Below are positions 29,018 through 37,440 of a stretch of DNA of 64,000 bases, in pieces (the first letter of the stretch is position 1; every line of letters begins with the position of its first letter). The stretch covers positions 502,321 through 566,320 of the forward strand of contig CAVURJ010000001.1 of assembly GCA_963743885.1 (NCBI GenBank), written 5' to 3'. Both the position numbers and the translations under genes were made by a program. The notes beneath the pieces were generated by a model that saw nothing but the letters and a program-made list of their open reading frames with translations, was not told where the DNA came from and did no database searches. The stretch comes from Candidatus Moraniibacteriota bacterium (lineage in GTDB: Bacteria > Patescibacteriota > Minisyncoccia > Moranbacterales > UBA1568).

Positions 29018-29713
29018 ATGGATAGCAAGGTAGACACCGCACAACTGAAGGAGAAGCTCGCCATCGGCATCACCAATGACGACCTGTTTCAGGAGGCGCT
29101 GACGCATCGGTCATTTCTGAATGAACACAAAGGATACGCGCATCCGCACAATGAGCGGCTGGAGTTTCTTGGTGATGCGGTGCTTGAGCTTGTCGTGACG
29201 CGCCATCTCTTTGATCATTTCGACAATCCGGAAGGCGAGCTGACCAGTTTTCGTGCGGCGCTCGTGAATGGGGATATGCTCGGCAAGATTGGGCACAGCC
29301 TGGGACTCCAGGATTTCCTTCTCATGAGTCGCGGCGAAGCCAAGGATACCGGCCGGGCGAGGAACTACCTTGTGGCCAATGCCATGGAGGCGGTCATCGG
29401 AGCGCTCTATCTTGATCAGGGGTATGATGCGGCCAAGGATTTCATCGAGCGTTATGTGCTCACACATCTGCCAGAAGTGCTCGAGCAAGGACTCTATACC
29501 GACGCGAAGAGTCGCTTCCAGGAAGTGGCACAGGAGAAGGTCGGCGTGACCCCGGGATACCGCGTGCTCCGCGAGTGGGGGCCGGATCATGATCGGCACT
29601 TCATTGCGGGCGTCTATCTGGGCGATGAGCTGGTCGCTGAGGGAGAGGGCGTGTCCAAGCAGGAAGCACAGCGCGCTGCCGCCAAGGCCGGACTGGAGAA
29701 GAAGGGGTGGTAA
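29018..29713 (+). CDS. rnc: Ribonuclease III
   Basis: RNase III signature ERLEFLGDAVLELVV and a C-terminal dsRBD. Confidence 0.85.
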   Translation: MDSKVDTAQLKEKLAIGITNDDLFQEALTHRSFLNEHKGYAHPHNERLEFLGDAVLELVVTRHLFDHFDNPEGELTSFRAALVNGDMLGKIGHSLGLQDFLLMSRGEAKDTGRARNYLVANAMEAVIGALYLDQGYDAAKDFIERYVLTHLPEVLEQGLYTDAKSRFQEVAQEKVGVTPGYRVLREWGPDHDRHFIAGVYLGDELVAEGEGVSKQEAQRAAAKAGLEKKGW

Positions 29714-29795
29714 GAAAACCGGTATATCGTATTTCGTATATTGTATCTAGCGAAGAAATGCGAGAAGATTGATTTTTTCCAACTTATCTGATAGA

Positions 29796-29823
29796 ACACC
29801 GGTAGTTCCACGGTGTTTTTTTG
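29796..29823 (+). terminator. Intrinsic terminator after rnc
   Basis: acaccg-gtagttcca-cggtgt followed by TTTTTTT. Confidence 0.55.
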
Positions 29824-29848
29824 TTCTCATATGATGGAGGGCGAAATC

Positions 29849-29983
29849 ATGGGTAAGGAGTTCGTTTTGTTATTGGATCCTGTCGGAGTGGTTATCGGCG
29901 GCGCATTTCTCCTGGTAATTTTCTTTTTCCTGTTCCAGGAGGCGCGGAGCGGTAACCACGAGGATGATGATTCTGGTCTTTGA
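29849..29983 (+). CDS. Possible small hydrophobic protein (44 aa)
   Basis: MGKEFVLLLDPVGVVIGGAFLLVIFFFLFQEARSGNHEDDDSGL. RBS ggaggg 7 nt upstream. Its stop overlaps the start of the next gene. Confidence 0.3.
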   Translation: MGKEFVLLLDPVGVVIGGAFLLVIFFFLFQEARSGNHEDDDSGL

Positions 29984-30717
29984 CAACTAGGGAGGATGAG
30001 AAAGTGAAAAAGTCGACAAAACAGACGGCATGGGCCATCGTCTGGCTCTTTGTTCTCAGTACGGGGTTGCTTGTTCTGAGTCATGGCGCGTTCGTGCAGA
30101 TGTTCGGCGAGTATGCGCATGTTCCGGAAATCCTGATTGTCATTGCTGTTTTTGCCCTGGCCTACTGGTTGTGTAAGAACCGTGAGACTCTCGGAGGAAA
30201 GCATCACCCTCGTTGGGGCGGAGACATGCGTACTTTGATGACGTTGGTGGTCGGCATGCAGGGGGATATACGGACAGCTGTTCTCAACCATGTCCGGACG
30301 AAACTCGGGATAGGATTTGATGGCCAGGCCATGATTGGACCGAAAGAAGATGCGCTGCTCATGAAATGGTTTCTCGACTACGGGTATATTTCAAAGGCAG
30401 CCGTCGGAAAAGCGGTGCACGAGAGGCTGTGCGAGATTGGTCGGATCGTGTATGAACGAGACATCCTTTCTTGGCATCAATTTCCCGATGGCGCGCTCGT
30501 TTTGTCGAATGCACTTGGGTATGCAATCTTGCATGGTGCTGTTTCTGCTGAAGAAGTGAAGAATATCCGCTTCGACCATAACGAGGCTGCCAAGGAATAC
30601 GCTAGGGCGGCGGAAGGATTGCACGAGAACGTCATGCGGCAGCTTGCCTCTGGCGATGCGTATTTTCGTTCTGAGTTTTCGGGCGGCGATGATTGCTGCT
30701 GCTGTGATTACTGCTGA
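29980..30717 (+). CDS. Hypothetical membrane protein with Cys-rich C-terminal tail
   Basis: 245 aa. Two N-terminal TM helices and a soluble domain. Ends GGDDCCCCDYC. No recognisable family. Confidence 0.45.
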   Translation: MTTREDEKVKKSTKQTAWAIVWLFVLSTGLLVLSHGAFVQMFGEYAHVPEILIVIAVFALAYWLCKNRETLGGKHHPRWGGDMRTLMTLVVGMQGDIRTAVLNHVRTKLGIGFDGQAMIGPKEDALLMKWFLDYGYISKAAVGKAVHERLCEIGRIVYERDILSWHQFPDGALVLSNALGYAILHGAVSAEEVKNIRFDHNEAAKEYARAAEGLHENVMRQLASGDAYFRSEFSGGDDCCCCDYC

Positions 30718-30910
30718 TATCGGCAGGATTTGACCAACGTGTCACTGGAAGGGGTTTGCGAAAGCAGCCCCTTTTTCTTTTTGGCTTGTTTGCGATATAC
30801 TATGGGAGACAGTATACGGTATTATGTATGATGTATTAAGGAAGCGTCTCAGATGTTTCTTCCGTGTTTATACGTGATACGTAATACAAGATACACAATA
30901 CTTTTTCGAA

Positions 30911-33211
30911 ATGTATCTAAAGAAACTCGAAATCAGTGGTTTCAAATCCTTCGCCAACAAGATGGCGTTGGATTTTTTGCCTGAGTGCGACATCGTTTCC
31001 GGCGGCAAGTGCGGCATCACGGCGATCGTGGGACCGAACGGCAGCGGCAAGTCCAATGTAGCTGATGCGATCCGCTGGGCGATCGGCGAGCAGTCGCTCA
31101 AGAATTTGCGCGGCAAGAAGTCCGAGGACGTCATCTTCGCTGGTACGGACAAGAAGGCCCGGCTCGGCACAGCATCGGTGACGATGTATTTCGATAACTC
31201 CGACAAGCGTATCCCGATCGAGTTCGCCGAGGTTTCCATCACACGCAAGATCTACCGGAGCGGCGAGAGTGAGTACCTGATCAATGGGTCGCACGTGCGG
31301 CTCATGGATATCGTCGATCTCCTGGCGAAGGCTGGCATCGGCAAGGACAGCTATTGTGTCATCACGCAGGGCATGAGCGATGCTGTGCTCAATGCATCTT
31401 CTTCCGAGCGGCGATCCATCTTTGAGGACGCGGCCGGCGTGAAGCAGTATCAGATCGAGAAGGAACGTTCGCTTCGGAAGCTTGAGAGCACTCGGGAAAA
31501 TCTCGTTCGCGTCGACGCGCTGACAGTCGAGATCGAGCCTCATCTCAAGAACTTGCGCCGCCAGGCCGAGAAGGCTTCACAGGGCAAGGATATTGCGCAA
31601 AGGCTTCGCGACAAGCAGGTGCTGCTCTATAGCTATCTCTGGGATAGCTTCCAGGGTGAGCGGGGGGCGCTTATGAAGGAGCGCGATGCGGCGCAGAAAC
31701 AAGTTTTTGATCTTGAAGTCGAGACCAATACGCTCGCGACCGAAGTCGCCGAGGCGTCCAAATCCATGGATGATCAGAGCGGAGAGGATGGTCTCTCGAA
31801 TGAGCTCCTGCGGCTGCGCGATGAAGCCAATACACTGCTTCGTGATCGGAGCATCGTGGACGGCAAGATCGAGATAGAGAAAGAGAAGCAGAAGGAGCAA
31901 GAGGTGATCCGCACCATACCGGTCGACCTGAACTATGTCCGTACGGCGCTTGAGGAGATCCGTGGCAATCAGCAGGAGCTGATCGATCGTATCTCGCATG
32001 CCGAGAAGCTCGAAGACCTGCAGGATATCCGCGAGTTCGCCCAGGTGATCAAGCAGAAGCTTCATGACCTTGATGAGAAGGCTGGGAAGGGGAGCGTCGA
32101 GGAGAAGAAGGTCATCGCGTTGCCGCCCGATGAGAAGAAGGCGAGCGATGAGCGCCTGGCTGTCTTTGCGAAGGAAAAAGCGGATTGTAATGCGAAGCTC
32201 GAAAAGCTCCAGAAGGCGCTTACGGAGAAGGAGCAATCACTCATCGCGCTCCGTGAAGCGAGTCGTACGGCTCGTGAGACGTTTTTTGCCAAGGAGAAGG
32301 AATGGCGTGAGAAGGAGTACCGACTGACGAAGCTCAAGGACAGCCTGAACGAGGTGAAGGTGCGTCTGGCGCGTGTCGAGGTGCGCGAGGAGGATCTCGT
32401 GGCGCTCACGCGTGAAGAGCTCTCGATGGATGTGGCTGACCTGAAATATGACGGCACGGCCGTGGAACGGGAGCGTCTTGAGCATGAGATCGCCCGGCTC
32501 AAGGTGGAAGTCGAACATATCGGCACGATTGACCCGCTCGTCGTCGAGGAATATCAGGAGACAGAGAAGCGCTTCACGTTCTTGACGCACGAATCAGCCG
32601 ACCTCAAGGCAGCGATCGAATCACTCCAGACTGTGATCAAAGAGATGGATCAAAAGATCGACCATGCATTCCAGGATGCCTTCAAGGAGATCAAGAAAAA
32701 GTTTGAGGATTATTTCAAGATCATCTTCGGCGGCGGCAAGGCGGAGCTCCAGATCGTGAAGATCAAGAAGCGCAAAGCCGCTGCAGAGGAAGGGGAGGCA
32801 GAAGAGGGTGATGTCGACGAGGAAACCGAGGATGAGCCGGATGAGATCGGTATCGAGATCTTCGCGTGCCCTCCAGGGAAGAAGATTACGAACCTTTCCA
32901 TGCTTTCTGGCGGTGAGCGTTCGCTCACATCGCTCGCGCTTCTCTTCGCTATCATCTCGCACAATCCGCCGCCCTTTGCGGTGCTCGATGAAGTGGAGGC
33001 CGCGCTCGACGAGGCCAACTCGCGCCGCTTCTCGATGATGCTTCGTGAATTGTCCGATCATACGCAGTTCGTCGCTATCACGCACAACCGCGAGACGATG
33101 TCCCAGGCTGGGCTCCTCTACGGAGTCACGATGGGGGACGATGGCGTCTCGCAGCTCCTCTCCATCCGATTGGATCAAGTGGGCGAGGGTGGAAAAGTAG
33201 TGGTGAAATAG
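30911..33211 (+). CDS. smc: SMC-family chromosome segregation ATPase (short, 766 aa)
   Basis: N-terminal Walker A GPNGSGKSNVADAIRWAIG. Long coiled-coil. C-terminal signature LSGGERSLTSLALLFAI and Walker B AVLDEVEAALD. Shorter than canonical SMC, so the hinge is reduced. Confidence 0.75.
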   Translation: MYLKKLEISGFKSFANKMALDFLPECDIVSGGKCGITAIVGPNGSGKSNVADAIRWAIGEQSLKNLRGKKSEDVIFAGTDKKARLGTASVTMYFDNSDKRIPIEFAEVSITRKIYRSGESEYLINGSHVRLMDIVDLLAKAGIGKDSYCVITQGMSDAVLNASSSERRSIFEDAAGVKQYQIEKERSLRKLESTRENLVRVDALTVEIEPHLKNLRRQAEKASQGKDIAQRLRDKQVLLYSYLWDSFQGERGALMKERDAAQKQVFDLEVETNTLATEVAEASKSMDDQSGEDGLSNELLRLRDEANTLLRDRSIVDGKIEIEKEKQKEQEVIRTIPVDLNYVRTALEEIRGNQQELIDRISHAEKLEDLQDIREFAQVIKQKLHDLDEKAGKGSVEEKKVIALPPDEKKASDERLAVFAKEKADCNAKLEKLQKALTEKEQSLIALREASRTARETFFAKEKEWREKEYRLTKLKDSLNEVKVRLARVEVREEDLVALTREELSMDVADLKYDGTAVERERLEHEIARLKVEVEHIGTIDPLVVEEYQETEKRFTFLTHESADLKAAIESLQTVIKEMDQKIDHAFQDAFKEIKKKFEDYFKIIFGGGKAELQIVKIKKRKAAAEEGEAEEGDVDEETEDEPDEIGIEIFACPPGKKITNLSMLSGGERSLTSLALLFAIISHNPPPFAVLDEVEAALDEANSRRFSMMLRELSDHTQFVAITHNRETMSQAGLLYGVTMGDDGVSQLLSIRLDQVGEGGKVVVK

Positions 33212-33261
33212 ATACGAAAAGAGTTTCCTATGGGGAGCTCTTTTTTTGAATGATATATCTC

Positions 33262-33410
33262 CCACCCGGAAACTCTTTTCTCGAGCAAAAGGAAACTCGA
33301 AGGGCTTGTTTCTAACGAAGCTCTTCCCTCCCTCTTCACGACCCAAGAAATAGCTTCGAGAAACAAGCCCTTCTCAGACAGTCCTTTTGCCTCAAAAAGA
33401 CATCCGGGCG
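33262..33410 (+). ncRNA. Candidate structured RNA element (unclassified), copy 2
   Basis: Homologous to 16576-16723. Stem P2 is gaagggcttgtttc/gaaacaagcccttc and P3 is cgaagct/agcttcg, both with compensatory changes relative to copy 1. The loop CCUCCCUCUUCACGACCCAAGAAA is conserved. Confidence 0.4.
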
Positions 33411-33437
33411 GGAGATGACTGAAGGTAGTTGATCTGT

Positions 33438-33465
33438 TTGACAGAGGGGTGTGTTTTGATATACT
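33438..33465 (+). promoter_or_regulatory. Sigma-70 promoter (TTGACA, 16-nt spacer, TATACT)
   Basis: Consensus hexamers about 40 nt upstream of the ATG at 33506. Confidence 0.5.
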
Positions 33466-33505
33466 GCCGGCGAGTTCCTTTTCAAAAAAACTATCAGGAG
33501 GCGAT

Positions 33506-34205
33506 CATGCGAGTAAAAGTCGTGAAGGGTTTTGCGTCCGGTCCTGTCTGGCTGTGCCAAGTCGGCTCCGAGGAGCAGGGTTTGCGCATTGATCAGGAAG
33601 ATGGCGCCCCGATTGTTCCGGTCCTTCCAGAATTCGTCGGCCAGCATTTCTACTTTATTGACTGGGAGAAGGAGCGGATTTTTCGTGGAGGACCAGGTTC
33701 GTTCGGAGGTGGTTTCCCGCAGCGGAACATATTCCGAAACATTATTTTTGGCAGACTGGTATCGGAATCTTGGTCGGACGTTCCTCGGGTTAGTTGGTGT
33801 CTTGCGACCGATGGGAATCCTCCGGAAAGGATAGATGTTTCTCAGGAGTCCGAGCTGGCATCTGTACTGCATTCTTGTAGTCTCTCGTACTCTGATCGAA
33901 ACATACTTTGTCTGGGCGATGAAGATTGCCAGAAATTCGTCGAGGAGTTGTTGTTATATAGATGGGTGGCGCATGTCGAACCGCACGTCTGGGCCGATAT
34001 CTTCCTTGCGATGCCTGATGCTCGCTTTCCGATTCCGGATATCGTCCGGCGGGAGCTTTCCCAGCGTTTGGAAAAGACGATGGCGGAGCGCTCGAGCCTC
34101 CAAGAGAGGCTGGCGCGGCTCGCGGCGGAGCAAGTGGATACGGATGCTCAGATCCAGGGACTCGAAGAGCTCGAAGCAAAGCTTGTCCGATACGGGGCTG
34201 CCTGA
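33506..34205 (+). CDS. Hypothetical protein with C-terminal coiled coil
   Basis: Starts MRVKVVKG after the RBS aggagg; the listed ORF 33429 has a spurious extension. 233 aa. No family recognised. Confidence 0.5.
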
Positions 34206-34269
34206 CAGTTAGACAATACGGCCTGTCCATACTATGTGTATGGCGGGCTGTTCTTTTTTCTGGCTGGTA

Positions 34270-34299
34270 TTGACACGGTACGAAGAATGGGCTAGAATG
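34270..34299 (+). promoter_or_regulatory. Sigma-70 promoter (TTGACA, 18-nt spacer, TAGAAT) for rpsP
   Basis: Consensus hexamers follow the terminator hairpin at 34219-34259. Confidence 0.5.
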
Positions 34300-34333
34300 G
34301 CTCTTGTATACATCTTATAGCGTCAATCAGCGT

Positions 34334-34732
34334 ATGTTGGTCATCCGTTTCAACCGTACAGGCAAGAGGAATCGCGCACACTTCCGTGTCGTGCTGCAGG
34401 AGCATACCAAGGCTCCGGGCAAGCGCCATGTGGAGATGCTCGGCAGCCACGACCCGATCAAGAAGACGACTATCCTCAATAAGGATCGCATCCTCTATTG
34501 GATGGGGCAGGGTGCCAAGCCGTCTGATGTCGTATTCAATCTTCTGGTGAAGGAAGGCGTCGTCGAAGGCAAGAAGATCGTGAAGAAGATGCCGCGTCCA
34601 GTCGTGAAAGAAGCTCCTGTTGAGGAAGTGAAGGCTGAAGAAGCTCCTGTAGCCGCTGAGACCCCGGCCGAAGCTGCTCCTGAAGAGGTGAAGGCTGAAG
34701 AGAAGAAAGAAGAAGTTGCCCCGGCCGCCTAG
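34334..34732 (+). CDS. rpsP: 30S ribosomal protein S16
   Basis: MLVIRFNRTGKRNRAHFRVVLQEHTKAPGKRHVEMLGSHDP with an Ala/Glu/Lys-rich C-terminal extension. The listed ORF 34304 starts 10 codons upstream. Confidence 0.85.
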   Translation: MLVIRFNRTGKRNRAHFRVVLQEHTKAPGKRHVEMLGSHDPIKKTTILNKDRILYWMGQGAKPSDVVFNLLVKEGVVEGKKIVKKMPRPVVKEAPVEEVKAEEAPVAAETPAEAAPEEVKAEEKKEEVAPAA

Positions 34733-34739
34733 TCAGGAT

Positions 34740-35050
34740 TGACCCCGGTCACCTATAGCGAAAGTCTTGTTGAGGTGGAAAAAGTAAAAGGCATAGCCGC
34801 CTATCGGCTTACAAGTTATCTGATTTTTGAGCCTCGTTTGGAAGGTGACGGGGTTGACAGGCTGTGAGTTTCGGAGTAGCATAGACATACAATTCAATTC
34901 CGCAGACATGAGGCATTCGTTCGCGAAATAAGCCCCTCACGAGGAAACGTATCTCCTGGCGACAGTCGAAAAGATAGCGCTGGAAGAGATCGTTCCATGA
35001 TCATGAAGTCTGCGGTATCCCCGCAGATTTTCCCTTTTAATCAACAAACG
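34740..35050 (+). promoter_or_regulatory. Probable L10 (rplJ) leader region
   Basis: 310-nt untranslated region before rplJ. Long-range complementary segments gattgaccccggtcacc / ggtgacggggttgac, and the hairpin ctgcggtatccccgcag next to the start codon. Confidence 0.35.
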
Positions 35051-35051
35051 T

Positions 35052-35576
35052 ATGCAGCAGACCAAGCAGGTGAAGCAGGCGCTCGTCGCCGAGGTCGCCG
35101 AAAAGGCGAAGAATGCCAAGTCGCTCGTGTTCGCCAACTACAAGGGCGTGACCGTGAAGGATCTGACGGCTATCCGTCAGGAGCTCCGGAAGAGCGGATC
35201 GAGCTGGCAGGTGCTCAAGAAGACCCTCCTCAATATCGCGCTCAAGGATGCCGGTATCGAGGTGGATGCGAGGAAGCTTTCCGGACAGATCGGCGTCGCG
35301 TTCGGCGGAGACGAGGTCGGTGCCGCCAAGACGCTCGCGGATTTCGTGAAGGCGAACAAAGAGACACAGCTTTCAATCGAAGGCGGATCGCTCGGATCGA
35401 AGGAACTGTCAGTCGAGGAAGTGAAGGCGCTCGCCAAGCTTCCGAGCCGCGATGAACTCCGGGCCAAGCTCGTGGGTACCCTCCAGGCTCCGATCGCTGG
35501 TTTCGTCAGGACTCTCTCCGGCAATCTGAGTGGCCTCGTGCAGGTGCTCAAGGCGATCGAAGAGAAGAAAGCATAA
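35052..35576 (+). CDS. rplJ: 50S ribosomal protein L10
   Basis: 174 aa, [38 protein letters not shown]. Confidence 0.85.
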   Translation: MQQTKQVKQALVAEVAEKAKNAKSLVFANYKGVTVKDLTAIRQELRKSGSSWQVLKKTLLNIALKDAGIEVDARKLSGQIGVAFGGDEVGAAKTLADFVKANKETQLSIEGGSLGSKELSVEEVKALAKLPSRDELRAKLVGTLQAPIAGFVRTLSGNLSGLVQVLKAIEEKKA

Positions 35577-35616
35577 TCCAATCGTTTATCAAGTAATTTA
35601 TTCTAACGTCAATCAT

Positions 35617-36018
35617 ATGACCGAAGAGAAGAAGGAAGTCGTCGTGCCGGAGAAGTTTGAGAAGCTCGTCGCTGAGATTGAGAAGATGAGCGTGCTCGAC
35701 CTGTCCGAGCTCGTGAAGGTGCTTGAGGAGAAGTTCGGTGTGTCCGCTGCTGCTCCGATGATGATGGGAGCCGCTCCGGCTGCCGCTGCTGAGGCTGCTG
35801 AGGAGAAGACCGACTTTGATGTCGAGCTCGCTGCTGCTGGTGAGCAGAAGATCAATGTGATCAAGGCTGTCCGTGAGATCACGGGCCTCGGTCTCAAGGA
35901 AGCCAAGGACCTCGTTGATGCTGCTCCGAAGGTGATCAAGGAGAAGGTAGCTAAGGCCGATGCTGAGAACTTCAAGAAGAAGCTCGAGGAGGCTGGTGCG
36001 ACCGTCAACCTCAAATAA
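35617..36018 (+). CDS. rplL: 50S ribosomal protein L7/L12
   Basis: [42 protein letters not shown]...Ala-rich hinge...[23 protein letters not shown]. The listed ORF 35530 has a spurious N-extension. Confidence 0.9.
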   Translation: MTEEKKEVVVPEKFEKLVAEIEKMSVLDLSELVKVLEEKFGVSAAAPMMMGAAPAAAAEAAEEKTDFDVELAAAGEQKINVIKAVREITGLGLKEAKDLVDAAPKVIKEKVAKADAENFKKKLEEAGATVNLK

Positions 36019-36116
36019 CAGGTATTAGACCTGATTTTACCTGCACTCGCTCGAAAACGAAAGTTTACTTTCGTTTCACTCGCTTCGTTTGGTAATAATA
36101 CCCCTGCGTATTGTTG

Positions 36117-36146
36117 AAACCCCGCCTATACTGGCGGGGTTTTTCG
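36117..36146 (+). terminator. Intrinsic terminator after rplL
   Basis: aaaccccgcc-tatact-ggcggggttttt. Confidence 0.65.
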
Positions 36147-36184
36147 TTCTCGGTGTTTTCCGGTATACTGAATAGGATAATCTT

Positions 36185-36817
36185 GTGATTGACCTCATTA
36201 TGCATTTTTTCGGCATCGATCTCATCACGCTCATCGAAGCAGTCGGTTATGCCGGTCTTTTTGCTATCGTCTTCGCTGAGACAGGACTTTTCCTCGGATT
36301 CTTCTTGCCGGGCGATAGTCTGCTCTTCGTAGCAGGATTCCTCGCGGGACAGGGGATCTTCTCACTTCCGATGCTCATCGGCGGGCTTTTCGTTTCGGCA
36401 GTGCTCGGCAATCTGCTCGGCTATGAGTTCGGCAAACGTGTCGGCCCGAAGCTTTTTAGTCGCGATGACTCGTTCATTTTTAAGAAAGCCCACGCGCTCC
36501 GGGCGCAGGGATTTTATGAGAAGCATGGCGCGAAGACAATTGTACTCGCCCGTTTCATGCCGATTGTGCGCACGTTCGCACCGATCGTCGCCGGTATCGG
36601 CAAGATGCATTATCCAGCCTTCGTAGCGTACAATGTCCTCGGCGCCGTGCTCTGGACGTCGATGCTCGTGTTGCTCGGGTATTTCTTAGGCAGCGTCATT
36701 GATGTGGATAAGTATCTCTTGCCGATCGTGCTTTTGATCGTCTTCCTCTCGTTTTTGCCGGCTATCATGGCCTATTTCAAGGAGCGGCGTCTGGCGAAGG
36801 AGACTATAGCAAAATAG
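36185..36817 (+). CDS. DedA/SNARE-associated family membrane protein
   Basis: 210 aa, FLGFFLPGDSLLFVAGFLAG...TIVLARFMPIVRTFAPIVAGIGKM, typical DedA motifs. Confidence 0.75.
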   Translation: MIDLIMHFFGIDLITLIEAVGYAGLFAIVFAETGLFLGFFLPGDSLLFVAGFLAGQGIFSLPMLIGGLFVSAVLGNLLGYEFGKRVGPKLFSRDDSFIFKKAHALRAQGFYEKHGAKTIVLARFMPIVRTFAPIVAGIGKMHYPAFVAYNVLGAVLWTSMLVLLGYFLGSVIDVDKYLLPIVLLIVFLSFLPAIMAYFKERRLAKETIAK

Positions 36818-36912
36818 TCTTAGCGGGGCTTTGACAAAGCCTAAAACAAGGAGTAGGATAGGAAGGTATCTTTACCGCAAGGAAGGTATCTTTTTTTTCA
36901 GGCATATCCCGT

Positions 36913-37437
36913 ATGTACCGGATGCTCAGGAAAATCGCCAGTACTCCCAGGCTTATCGTTCCCGAAAAGGAGCTTCTCGCGCTCGATATCGAGGGGATTG
37001 GTCAGGAGCTCGAGGCTTCTATCAGGAGAATGTTCAATGGTTCGCTCGCTATCCGTGAGGTAGCGGCTGGATCGAGCAATGCCGAGGAGCAGGAGCTCAC
37101 GGCGCTCACGAATGCGTACTATGATGTCGAGCGATTCGGCATCCATTTTGTCGCGTCTCCGCGCCATGCCGATATGATCATGGTGACCGGTCCAGTCTCG
37201 CGTAACATGGCACAGGGGGTTCGGCATACCTATGAGGCGACGCCTGATCCAAAGATCGTGGTTGCGGTTGGCGATGGCGCGATCGATGGTGGCGTGTATC
37301 GCGGATCCTATGCTATCCATGACAGCCTCGAAGAGGTGATCCCGGTCGATTTCAAGATCCCGGGCGATCCGCCGTCTCCGAAGATGGTGCTCGCTGCGTT
37401 GCTTCAGATGCTCCGTGATATGGAAAAAGAACGTTAG
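36913..37437 (+). CDS. NuoB/HycG-like small subunit of a group-4-hydrogenase/complex-I-like module, without cysteines
   Basis: Family hallmarks ERFGIHFVASPRHADMIMVTGPV and PKIVVAVGDGAIDGGVY. The four [4Fe-4S] ligand positions are S, A, D and D (GSSNAEEQE, GDGA, PGDPP). The protein contains no Cys. Confidence 0.75.
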   Translation: MYRMLRKIASTPRLIVPEKELLALDIEGIGQELEASIRRMFNGSLAIREVAAGSSNAEEQELTALTNAYYDVERFGIHFVASPRHADMIMVTGPVSRNMAQGVRHTYEATPDPKIVVAVGDGAIDGGVYRGSYAIHDSLEEVIPVDFKIPGDPPSPKMVLAALLQMLRDMEKER

Positions 37438-37440
37438 TGT

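Noticed and set aside
32062-33346. Minus-strand ORFs antisense to smc and across structured-element copy 2 (32621..33346)
   Set aside because: They are antisense to the SMC coiled-coil region. The copy-2 portion is conserved at the RNA-structure level, not the codon level.
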